62,565 nt of DNA from an uncultured Prevotella sp. (GTDB lineage Bacteria; Bacteroidota; Bacteroidia; Bacteroidales; Bacteroidaceae): positions 1-62,565 of the forward strand of contig CAMWKM010000001.1 in NCBI GenBank assembly GCA_947174835.1. The letters run 5' to 3'. The notes under the pieces were generated by a model. That model did not search any database, was not told where the DNA came from, and worked only from the letters and a program-made list of their open reading frames with translations. Both the position numbers and the translations under genes were made by a program. The number at the start of each line of letters is the position of its first letter. The first letter of the stretch is position 1. Below, in pieces: positions 38,741 through 47,762 of the stretch.

Positions 38741-41335
38741 TTACAATTTCACAGTGAGCTTCTTTAGATCAACCGGACGCGAGCTATTGCCATAGTAGAG
38801 TTCATACTGCTTGCCGATACCAGGGCCACGCATTGTATTGGTTGACGGATCGAAAAACTCAAAAGCCTTATTGACATCAAGCAGAATCTCAGCATTGGCA
38901 GTCTGTCCGGCTTTTACATGAACACGTTGGAAGCCACGAAGCGACTTCAGAGGACCATCCGTATCACTCAAATCACGAATATAGACCTGCACGATCTCCG
39001 TACCATCGCGTTGTCCTTTATTGGCGACTGGTACCACGAGTTTCATCTGACGATTAGCTTGCTCCTTGATCAGGTTTGCCTCGCCAATCTCAAACTGGGT
39101 ATAGCTTAGACCATAACCAAAAGCAAAAAGCGGATCGGTAAAATAGCGATAGGTACGTCCTTTCATTGAATAGTCCTCATAGTCGGGCAGTTGACTATCG
39201 TTCTTATAGAACGTGACCGGCAATTTCCCTGTCGGATTATAGTCACCAAAGAGCACATCGGCAATAGCAGTGCCACCTTCCTGACCGGCATACCAAACCT
39301 GTACAATGGCATCGCACGTCTCTGTCTCAGGCTGCAAAGCAATGGCTGAGCCGGAACAGCAGACAAAGATGACGGTTTTACCTGCCTGTTTGAGAGCTTT
39401 CAAGAATTTACGTTGCACACCAGGCAATTCTATGCTGGTGCGATCACCGCCCTTAAAGCCTTCAATCTGAACGGGCATTTCCTCACCTTCGAGAGCCGGT
39501 GAGATGCCTCCCACAAAAACGACCTTATCAATACCTTTCAACTGGGCTATCATCCCTTCGTAATCAATAGGCTGTTCCTTGGCTATGTTTATTTTCAGGT
39601 CAGCATTGTAAGTATGTACGTGAGAGAAGAGCACCTCAATGTGATAGGTCTTTCCCTTCTCAGCCTGAATAGGCGTGCGGTTAGGAGTAGTACGCCAGAT
39701 GTGATGCCGGTACTGCTGTACACCATCAATAAAAAGTTCAAAGTGTCCGCAACCATCCACATTGACCACATACTCGCCAGACTCCGCTGGTGTGAAATCG
39801 GTCTCATACTTAGCCGAGAAATCCTCTAACTGTACACCTGGGGCGAAGTTGTGCATACCTGCCGTAGTAACGGCTAATGGGGCGGTATAATACTGCACAG
39901 TAACAGGCTTGCCTTCCATTTGGCAATTATTCCAGAAAGTTCCTTTCACGCCCTTCTTACCTTCGAAACTGCACAGACTACCCATCAGACAATCCATCAC
40001 TTTGTCGTAAGTCAGGTCACATCCAGGGAAGTGAAGCAGTTTCTTCTGCTTGTTCTTGATACCATCGAGGATAGTAACAGTATGATTGGGCATACCGTTA
40101 TAGTTACCCCACATCATCGGAGCATTATCAGCATTGGGACCGATAACTGCTATTTTCTCTGTCCCTTTCTTCAGTGGCAGGACACCATTTTTATTCTGTA
40201 ATAGTACGATTGTCTGATGGGCCATATCAAGAGCCAACTGTGCACTCTGCTTCGTTGACATAGCCGAATAGGGAATCTTTGACCATTCAACCAACGACGG
40301 ATCATCCATCTCACCCAAATCAAAACGACCTTCAAGCAGACGTATGACATGCTTGTCTACCTCGGCTTCGCTGATCAGTCCTCGCTGTACAGCCTCCGGA
40401 ATACTCTTGTAGGCATAACCATAGCCACACTCCACATCTGTACCGGCTAACACAGCCTTGGCCGAACCATGTACGGCATCTGATGAAGAATTATGGGAAG
40501 TATAGAAATCACTCACAGCTCCACAATCACTGACCACCAGATACTGGAACCCCCACTCATCGCGCAGAATCTGCTGCAACAGGCGCTGCGACCCACAGCA
40601 AGGATCATCGTCAAGCCGCTGGTAGGCACACATCACTTCACGCACTTTGGCATCCTGTACCAGGGTTTTGAAAGCAGGCATATAGGTTTCCCATAGATCG
40701 CGGGGCGACACATCTGTCAGGTTAGCAGAATGACGCGTATATTCCGGACCACTATGCACGGCATAATGTTTGGCACAAGCCCACAACTTACGATACTTGG
40801 CATCCTCCGGTCCCTGCAAGCCGTGCACCACTTGAGTGCCCATCACACTTGTCAGATAAGGATCCTCACCGTATGTTTCCTGTCCTCTGCCCCATCGTGG
40901 GTCACGGAAGATGTTGACATTAGGTGTCCATACAGAGAGACTATGAAATTTCTCGTCTTCACCACCATTCAACATACGATGGTTGTACTGAGCACGAAAC
41001 TCGGTGCTGGCCACATCAAACACTTGATATAGCAGATCGGGATTCCACGAGGCGGCCATAGCTACAGGCTCCGGGAACACTGTTACGTTACCCATGTTAG
41101 CAGCACCATGCAAGGCCTCGCTCCACCAAAAGAACTTTTTGATCCCCAAACGAGGAATGGCAGGACTTTCATCGAGCATCAGCTGTGACTTTTCTTCCAA
41201 TGTAAGGCGCGAACATAGGTCTACGGCCCGCTCATGAGCCGTCAAATCGGGGTTCTGATAGGGCAGCGTCTGTGCCTGAACCGATTGACAGGGAATTATT
41301 CCCCATGCCATCATAAAAAAAAGCTTTTTTACCAT
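38741..41335 (-). CDS. xyl3A: GH3 xylan 1,4-beta-xylosidase with PA14 insert and FnIII domain
   Basis: WWSEALHG, WTPNVNIFRDPRWGRGQETYGEDP, CAKHY, VVSDCGA, EGEEM, GRTYRY; ATG at 41335. Confidence 0.9.
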   Translation of the reverse strand: MVKKLFFMMAWGIIPCQSVQAQTLPYQNPDLTAHERAVDLCSRLTLEEKSQLMLDESPAIPRLGIKKFFWWSEALHGAANMGNVTVFPEPVAMAASWNPDLLYQVFDVASTEFRAQYNHRMLNGGEDEKFHSLSVWTPNVNIFRDPRWGRGQETYGEDPYLTSVMGTQVVHGLQGPEDAKYRKLWACAKHYAVHSGPEYTRHSANLTDVSPRDLWETYMPAFKTLVQDAKVREVMCAYQRLDDDPCCGSQRLLQQILRDEWGFQYLVVSDCGAVSDFYTSHNSSSDAVHGSAKAVLAGTDVECGYGYAYKSIPEAVQRGLISEAEVDKHVIRLLEGRFDLGEMDDPSLVEWSKIPYSAMSTKQSAQLALDMAHQTIVLLQNKNGVLPLKKGTEKIAVIGPNADNAPMMWGNYNGMPNHTVTILDGIKNKQKKLLHFPGCDLTYDKVMDCLMGSLCSFEGKKGVKGTFWNNCQMEGKPVTVQYYTAPLAVTTAGMHNFAPGVQLEDFSAKYETDFTPAESGEYVVNVDGCGHFELFIDGVQQYRHHIWRTTPNRTPIQAEKGKTYHIEVLFSHVHTYNADLKINIAKEQPIDYEGMIAQLKGIDKVVFVGGISPALEGEEMPVQIEGFKGGDRTSIELPGVQRKFLKALKQAGKTVIFVCCSGSAIALQPETETCDAIVQVWYAGQEGGTAIADVLFGDYNPTGKLPVTFYKNDSQLPDYEDYSMKGRTYRYFTDPLFAFGYGLSYTQFEIGEANLIKEQANRQMKLVVPVANKGQRDGTEIVQVYIRDLSDTDGPLKSLRGFQRVHVKAGQTANAEILLDVNKAFEFFDPSTNTMRGPGIGKQYELYYGNSSRPVDLKKLTVKL

Positions 41336-41356
41336 ATAGTTATAGGTTTTTGCTTG

Positions 41357-41364
41357 CAAAGGTA
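41357..41364 (-). promoter_or_regulatory. -7 element TACCTTTG of the xyl3A operon
   Basis: TAnnTTTG 21 bp upstream of the ATG. Confidence 0.72.
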
Positions 41365-41393
41365 ACAAATTCCCGCCTAAAACATTTATCAGA

Positions 41394-41422
41394 ATGTTTC
41401 AGATGCTTTGTATCATGTAACA
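41394..41422 (-). promoter_or_regulatory. Putative activator site TGTTACAT-N13-TGAAACAT
   Basis: 21-bp-period repeat 29 bp upstream of the -7 box; shares AAGCATCTG.AACATT with the MFS promoter. Confidence 0.65.
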
Positions 41423-41470
41423 TTTCAAAAACAAGCCTACTCACAATAAGGCTATTTAGATTTTTCTGAC

Positions 41471-41478
41471 TACCTTTG
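41471..41478 (+). promoter_or_regulatory. -7 element TACCTTTG of the GH43 pair
   Basis: TAnnTTTG 44 bp upstream of the ATG at 41523. Confidence 0.65.
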
Positions 41479-41522
41479 CCAAAGAATAATTACAATCCTA
41501 CGACATAATAATTTCACAATAT

Positions 41523-43547
41523 ATGACAACCATAAAAGAAACCTTAGCCATGTTACTTCTGGCACTGCCTATCGGTGCGGCAGCCCAGAACCCTATCATT
41601 CGCGACCAATTCACGGCAGACCCCACTGCTCGTGTGTTAAACGACAAGATTTACCTGTATCCATCTCATGACATTTTTGTACCAGAAGGTCAGCGAAAGG
41701 ACTGGTTTTGCATGGAAGACTATCATGTCTTCTCATCAGAAAATCTCACAGACTGGACAGACCACGGAATCATTGTCTCACAAACACAAGTGCCATGGGG
41801 CAAGCCGGACGGTTACTCCATGTGGGCTCCCGACTGTGTCTTCAAAGACGGAAGGTATTATTTCTATTTTCCCAATAGTCCCAAAAACGGACATGGGTTT
41901 GCCGTTGGCATAGCCACTGCCGATCATCCCGAAGGGCCATTTGTTTGCGAGCCGGAACCCATCAAAGGCATCAGCGGCATCGATCCCTGTGTGTTGATCG
42001 ACGATGACGGCAAGGCTTATATCTATTGGAGCGGTATGGGTATTCGCGGTGCCCAACTGAAAGCCAATATGAAAGAGGTTGAAGGAGAATTGCAGGAAAT
42101 TGCAATGCCAAAACGTGAGGGGATGACTGAGATGCCACCAATAAAGGTGGCAGGAAAAGAGATGAAAGGGCTACCTGACGGATTCAAGGAAGGCCCCTTC
42201 GCCTTCAAGCGCGGTGGATGGTATTACCTCACTTTCCCTTGGGTACGTCAGGAGAATGGTACCGAGACACTGGCCTATGCCATGTCGAAGTCGCCCCTCG
42301 GCCCCTGGGACTTCAAGGGTATCTTCATGGCCGAACATCTCAATGGTTGCTGGACCAACCACCATTCGTTCGTTGAGTATAAGGGACAATGGTATCTGTT
42401 CTATCACACCAATTTCTTTTCAGTCAGTGACGACAAGCGCCGCTCGGTCTGCATCGAGAAAGTTACTTTCAACGCAGACGGTACCATCCAAGACGTGAAG
42501 CCAACCATGCGTGGTGTAGGCATCAACAAGGCAACCGAGAAAATTGAAATTGACCGTTTCAGCGATGCCTCCACCGAAGTACAGACCCAATATGTAGACA
42601 CCAGCAATTATCTACGTGGGGCTTACGTGAACCTGCCACAAAAAGGATCTTGGGTGCGTTATACCGATGTGGACTTCAACTGCATCACAGACGGCTATCT
42701 CATAGTCTGTGCCAAGGCCAATGAAAACACTGAGTTCTATGTCCATGAAAAGTCATGTAAAGGTAAGATTATTGCCAAAATCAAGATAACAGTAAAGAGT
42801 GAGCAAGGGCCTTTCCGTCGCGACCAAAGTAATCAATGGCTTGCATTGACAGCACCCCTGCAATATATGCCAAAAGGTGTTACCGATCTATGTATCACTT
42901 GTGAGGGCAGTGAAGTTAGTATCAACTGGCTGCAATTCAAAAACCGTCCCAAATATTTCACTCCAGTCAAGTACAATGCAGTTCCATCACATCCCGACGA
43001 ACAGGGTTTCATCCGCCGTTGGACGCTACTGGAGCCTATTCGTCAAGATATCCGCTCAAATGTTATCTTCACCGACACTTGGTTAGAAGAAGCTTTCGCA
43101 AAGACTTACTTTAAAAACCAGATGACCATTCTCCCCAAAGACGGTGAGAAGTCTAAGGTTGGCAAAGAAACACTAATTTGGCACACTTTGGATAGTGAAA
43201 ACTACAACATCAAACTTTTCCGTTTTGCAGAAAAATGGGGACAGCAAACTTACGGTTCGCTCTTTTGGGCTGTCACAATCATCGACAGTCCGGAAGAAAT
43301 GCCTAATGTGCGCCTCGCTGCAGGTAGCAATGGTGCATCAAAGTGGTGGCTCAACGGCCAAGAGGTACTGCTACTAAGTGGCGACCGCCGTATGGTTGTT
43401 GATGATGGTATGTCGGCCCGCCTCACACTGAAGAAAGGTCGCAATATCCTACGCTGTGCTGTCATCAATGGTCCTGGCCTCAGTGATATGTGTGTCCGTT
43501 TCCTCAACGAAAATAATCAACCCATCACTAATCTTAACATCCAATAA
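41523..43547 (+). CDS. GH43 xylosidase/arabinosidase + CBM6 + extra C-terminal beta-domain
   Basis: NPII..FTADP, YPSHD, MWAPD, IDP, FKEGP, WTNHHS; WVRYTDVDF; C-terminal QGFIRRWTLLEP..WWLNG..LKKGRN..INGPG domain. Confidence 0.85.
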   Translation: MTTIKETLAMLLLALPIGAAAQNPIIRDQFTADPTARVLNDKIYLYPSHDIFVPEGQRKDWFCMEDYHVFSSENLTDWTDHGIIVSQTQVPWGKPDGYSMWAPDCVFKDGRYYFYFPNSPKNGHGFAVGIATADHPEGPFVCEPEPIKGISGIDPCVLIDDDGKAYIYWSGMGIRGAQLKANMKEVEGELQEIAMPKREGMTEMPPIKVAGKEMKGLPDGFKEGPFAFKRGGWYYLTFPWVRQENGTETLAYAMSKSPLGPWDFKGIFMAEHLNGCWTNHHSFVEYKGQWYLFYHTNFFSVSDDKRRSVCIEKVTFNADGTIQDVKPTMRGVGINKATEKIEIDRFSDASTEVQTQYVDTSNYLRGAYVNLPQKGSWVRYTDVDFNCITDGYLIVCAKANENTEFYVHEKSCKGKIIAKIKITVKSEQGPFRRDQSNQWLALTAPLQYMPKGVTDLCITCEGSEVSINWLQFKNRPKYFTPVKYNAVPSHPDEQGFIRRWTLLEPIRQDIRSNVIFTDTWLEEAFAKTYFKNQMTILPKDGEKSKVGKETLIWHTLDSENYNIKLFRFAEKWGQQTYGSLFWAVTIIDSPEEMPNVRLAAGSNGASKWWLNGQEVLLLSGDRRMVVDDGMSARLTLKKGRNILRCAVINGPGLSDMCVRFLNENNQPITNLNIQ

Positions 43548-43551
43548 ATCT

Positions 43552-45054
43552 ATGAAACGTATCCTGATAATTCTGTCATTTTTCAATTTCTGCACCTTCA
43601 CATTGTGCAGAGCACAAGTGGGTGCTCCCTACATCCACGACCCATCAACCATTGCCGAATGCGATGGAAAATACTATACCTTCGGCACAGGCGGTGGAGG
43701 CCTTATTTCTTCCAATGGCTGGAAATGGGAAAGTGGCGCAGAACGCCCCGGTGGCGGTGCAGCTCCTGATGTCATGAAGATCGGTGACCGCTACCTCTGC
43801 ATCTATGGTGCCACGGGAGGAGGACTGGGAGGAGGACACAATGGCCGCATTCTCACAATGTGGAACAAGACACTTGATCCGAAGTCGCCCCAATTCAAAT
43901 GGACAGAGCCCATTGAGGTAGCTTCAAGTGACGGCATGGAGGATCAGGACGCCATTGATCCCTGTTTATTGCTCGACCCCACCACAGGTCGCCTATGGGT
44001 CAGCTATGGTACTTACTTCGGCACCATTCGTCTCATCGAACTTGACCCCAAGACGGGTGAGCGCATGAAAGGAAACAAGGAACAGGATATCGCCATCGAC
44101 TGTGAGGCTACCGATCTCATCTGGCGAGATGGTTGGTATTACCTATTAGGCACCCACGGCACTTGCTGTGATGGTGTCAACTCTACCTATAATATTGTGG
44201 TAGGAAGGTCGCGCAACGTCACCGGCCCTTATCTTGACAATGTAGGCCGCGATATGATGCAGGGAGGTGGTCGCATGGTCATTGCTGCCGGTGAACGGTT
44301 CTGTGGTCCAGGCCATTTCGGACGCACCATCATTGATGAAGGCGTGGAAATTATGTCGTGCCACTATGAGGCCGATTTCGACCAAGGTGGACGTTCTGTA
44401 CTGGGCATACGTCCACTGCTATGGAAAAACGGTTGGCCCATTGCTGGTGAGCAAATCCAAGCAGGTACTTATGAAATTGAAAGCGAACGTAGAGGCTATA
44501 GTCTTGAGTTGGCTGTCGATTTTGTACGCATACAACAAGAGCGTCAAGCCTTCTGGCATATCAATCCCAATGAACCGGTAAAGCCTATCGCCAACCAGAC
44601 TTTAGCAGAAGTACAGGACACATGGCCGGAAGGCGAAATTGCCGTGCGTTGCAGTGATTATATGTTCCGTCCTTGGCAGCGTTGGAGTATCACTCCTGTT
44701 CCGCAAATCGGCGGCAACATCTGTGGTCCTCTTTACGAAATAAAGATTGAGGGTACCAACCGCTCTTTGACTGCCACCGCTGATCTTCAACTCACCACTC
44801 GCCAATTCCAAAGTGAAGATTGTCAACTGTGGTTCATTGAGCAACTCACCGACGGTACTTATCGTATCGTACCTTTTGACATTCCTGGTAAAAAGAAGGA
44901 AGAGGCACAACGCTACTGCATCTATTCTGCAGGCGATAGCACCCCTACCCTCTCACTCTATGATTTTAGTTCGGACAACTCAAAATGGAACCTAAAACAT
45001 CTGCCAGTAGTCCAGACGAACATCACCCTGAACACCACTAAAACAGATAAATAG
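43552..45054 (+). CDS. GH43 (arabinanase-like subgroup) with C-terminal ricin/CBM13-like region
   Basis: IHDPS, AAPD, DAIDP, DCEA, GPGH; QRWSI, QLWFI..DGTYRI, KWN ricin-type motifs; ATG at 43552. Confidence 0.8.
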   Translation: MKRILIILSFFNFCTFTLCRAQVGAPYIHDPSTIAECDGKYYTFGTGGGGLISSNGWKWESGAERPGGGAAPDVMKIGDRYLCIYGATGGGLGGGHNGRILTMWNKTLDPKSPQFKWTEPIEVASSDGMEDQDAIDPCLLLDPTTGRLWVSYGTYFGTIRLIELDPKTGERMKGNKEQDIAIDCEATDLIWRDGWYYLLGTHGTCCDGVNSTYNIVVGRSRNVTGPYLDNVGRDMMQGGGRMVIAAGERFCGPGHFGRTIIDEGVEIMSCHYEADFDQGGRSVLGIRPLLWKNGWPIAGEQIQAGTYEIESERRGYSLELAVDFVRIQQERQAFWHINPNEPVKPIANQTLAEVQDTWPEGEIAVRCSDYMFRPWQRWSITPVPQIGGNICGPLYEIKIEGTNRSLTATADLQLTTRQFQSEDCQLWFIEQLTDGTYRIVPFDIPGKKKEEAQRYCIYSAGDSTPTLSLYDFSSDNSKWNLKHLPVVQTNITLNTTKTDK

Positions 45055-47742
45055 ATCATGTACACCGGTAGCGTTGGTGACTTTGGTCGTGAATGTACGA
45101 TAGTTCTCCAACGCACCAGTACCTTTGATGACAACAGTACCAATAACGGGACCATCTTGACTATCCAGTCGGAGGGTCACCGTAGCGGTACCTGTAGACG
45201 CAGCATTGATACTGAACTTACGAGCACCTTTGGCCAAGAAATCAACCCCTCGCAAACGAATATACTCCCCATCATCAAGATCGTAGACATACATATTACG
45301 ACGACCGGTAGACTCAGGCATATTGTTGACCACGCCCGTATTCTCAATGCCCATCTTGGCAGTCTTCAGTCCATAACCCCAAGCCATGGTCTCTGCCTCT
45401 ACCCGTTTGTAGGGATTCAACCAACACAGTTGCTTCATAGGCTGCTGATCAAGCCAATAGGGAACTTCTTGAATAGTACCATCAGCATTATAAGTAATTT
45501 CTGTAGCTGACACACTACGACGCTCATGATGCACAAAAGTCTCAAGATGCATCAAGTCATAGTTCTGGCCGAAGACGTATGAATGACCTTTATAATCACA
45601 GATACCAGGATGATTGCCTCGATCACGGGGTGTAGGACGCATGATATAGCCTTTCCATTCCCATGGCCCCGTGGGCGAATCGCTCATAGCATATCCCAAA
45701 GCCTCTGGACAGCAGGTTGATGCAAAGCCAAGGTAGTAATAGCCGTTACGCTTATAGAACCAAGGGCCTTCCTGATAGTTGGGGATATGCGGCAACTTAA
45801 CCACCTCACTTTTCAACGAAGTCATGTCATCGTTGAGCTTGGCATAAAAAGTATGGGGGTTGCCCCAATACATATAAGCCTGCCCATCATCATCAGTATA
45901 GACTGACGGATCAATGTCGAACCAGTTGCTCTGATCCCATACCAATGGTTTATCCAACGGATCCCGGAAGGGACCATAAGGAGAGTCAGACTCCAATACA
46001 CCAATACCATGACCATGTAGTGGAGCATAGAGATAATACTTACCGTTTCTCTCTACAGTCTGAATAGCCCAGGCACCATTATCACGACTACGCCAAGAAA
46101 AGTCTTTCAGCGAAGCCACAGCGCCATGCTCCGTCCAGTTCACCATATCTGTAGTCGACCAAAGTAGCCAATCATACATAAAAAAGCCTGCCGAATTCTT
46201 TTCATTCGCATCGGGAATATCCTCAGGCGAAGCATCATGGGACGTATATAAAAATAAGGTATCGCCCACAACAAGTGGCGAAGGATCAGCGGTGTACTTA
46301 GTCTGGAAGAGCGGCATATTCACCTGTTCCAGTCCACGCATCTCCCACCAATCAAAGTTAAAAAGTTTCGGTCCTTTGCGACCGGTGAAGACAAAGAAAA
46401 GATCATGCGTACCAGTAGCTATAACAGGCAAGTCAAGCGTCAGCGTCTGCCACTGCTCCCAGCCACCAGTACCAGGCACAGCCAGCGTTCCCAAAAGGCA
46501 ACCGCCTACACTGTCAAGTCGTATCTCTATGCTACCTCCACGCAGACCACTGGCTACACGTGCTGTAAAGGTTCGTGGCATCTGATTGCCAAAAGCCACA
46601 TTCTGTAATTTGATCCAGTCACCGTTATGAATATCAGTGACATAGACACCCACCTGATTGTTTTGTTCTGTTTTTACACCCTTTGAGAAAGCCATCGTCT
46701 CAGCTTCCACCTTATGGAAGGGATTAAAAGTAGCGATAGGCTTCACGCCCTCATCGGTTGGTAGGATAGTGGGGAAACTACCATCCGCGTTATACTTAAA
46801 CTCCTCAACTGCTACACTACGACCAAAGCCGCCACCATTTGGCAACTTACCTGTATGATAGAAAAAATAACTATGTCCCTTGTAATCAGCTACGCCACAA
46901 TGGTTAGTAAATGACTTGGTATCGCTCAGTGGCATAATCTCACCAGCATAGGTCCAAGGACCTTCCGGTGAAGGAGCTGTACTGTAAGAGATATGCTCAG
47001 GCACACCACCGGCGGCATAGAGAAGAGAATAACGCTTATTTGCAGTTCCAAGGTTATTATACATCAACCATGGTCCCTCCACATAACTATCCTTGTATTG
47101 TTTACCCTTCTCACGCTCATTCATCGCTGGTGAACCGAAAGCCTCTTCAGTCATAGGAAGCTGTTTTACCTCACCATCAATAGAAACCATATCATCATTC
47201 AGTTTGGCATAGTAAACCCGTGGATTACCCCACATTATCCATGCCTGTTTTTTTGTTCCTCCGCCTTCGGAAGGAATATCTTCAATCATCACCGTAGGAT
47301 CTATATGATCCCATTTGCCATCTTCATAAAGCGGCTTTCCAATAGCATCACGGAAAGGCCCTGTGGGCGAATCACTCACAGCCACACCAATGGCCATTCC
47401 TTTTGAGATCTTTGAATGGGCACAGATATACCAATAGAACTTACCATTACGCTCAATGCACTGCGAAGCCCAGGCACGATCATCAGCCCAAGAGAAAGAC
47501 TCCAAAGCCAAGGGTGAACCATGATCCTGCCAGTTGACCATATCATCGGTCGAATAAACACGCCATTCCTGCATCCAGAAAAAATCAGCACCATCCTCAT
47601 CATGACCGGTATAGACATACATACGATCACCCGTTACCATCGGAGCCGGATCACTGGTGCACCAAGTCTGCACAAAAGGATTTTGAGCAGTGACTGCCCC
47701 CACCGTCAGGACAAGCGCAGCCGTCATCATCATCTTTTTCAT
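44992..47742 (-). CDS. Tandem GH43-CBM6-GH43-CBM6 enzyme
   Basis: Two propellers (SDPAP..WAS..IDP..EGP..NH; ADPSP..WAI..IDP..EGP..NHP), each followed by a VEAET..DWW/DYW CBM6; ATG at 47742. Confidence 0.88.
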   Translation of the reverse strand: MKKMMMTAALVLTVGAVTAQNPFVQTWCTSDPAPMVTGDRMYVYTGHDEDGADFFWMQEWRVYSTDDMVNWQDHGSPLALESFSWADDRAWASQCIERNGKFYWYICAHSKISKGMAIGVAVSDSPTGPFRDAIGKPLYEDGKWDHIDPTVMIEDIPSEGGGTKKQAWIMWGNPRVYYAKLNDDMVSIDGEVKQLPMTEEAFGSPAMNEREKGKQYKDSYVEGPWLMYNNLGTANKRYSLLYAAGGVPEHISYSTAPSPEGPWTYAGEIMPLSDTKSFTNHCGVADYKGHSYFFYHTGKLPNGGGFGRSVAVEEFKYNADGSFPTILPTDEGVKPIATFNPFHKVEAETMAFSKGVKTEQNNQVGVYVTDIHNGDWIKLQNVAFGNQMPRTFTARVASGLRGGSIEIRLDSVGGCLLGTLAVPGTGGWEQWQTLTLDLPVIATGTHDLFFVFTGRKGPKLFNFDWWEMRGLEQVNMPLFQTKYTADPSPLVVGDTLFLYTSHDASPEDIPDANEKNSAGFFMYDWLLWSTTDMVNWTEHGAVASLKDFSWRSRDNGAWAIQTVERNGKYYLYAPLHGHGIGVLESDSPYGPFRDPLDKPLVWDQSNWFDIDPSVYTDDDGQAYMYWGNPHTFYAKLNDDMTSLKSEVVKLPHIPNYQEGPWFYKRNGYYYLGFASTCCPEALGYAMSDSPTGPWEWKGYIMRPTPRDRGNHPGICDYKGHSYVFGQNYDLMHLETFVHHERRSVSATEITYNADGTIQEVPYWLDQQPMKQLCWLNPYKRVEAETMAWGYGLKTAKMGIENTGVVNNMPESTGRRNMYVYDLDDGEYIRLRGVDFLAKGARKFSINAASTGTATVTLRLDSQDGPVIGTVVIKGTGALENYRTFTTKVTNATGVHDLFICFSGVQGDVRLDYWQMF

Positions 47743-47762
47743 TATATGAATATTTATTGTTT

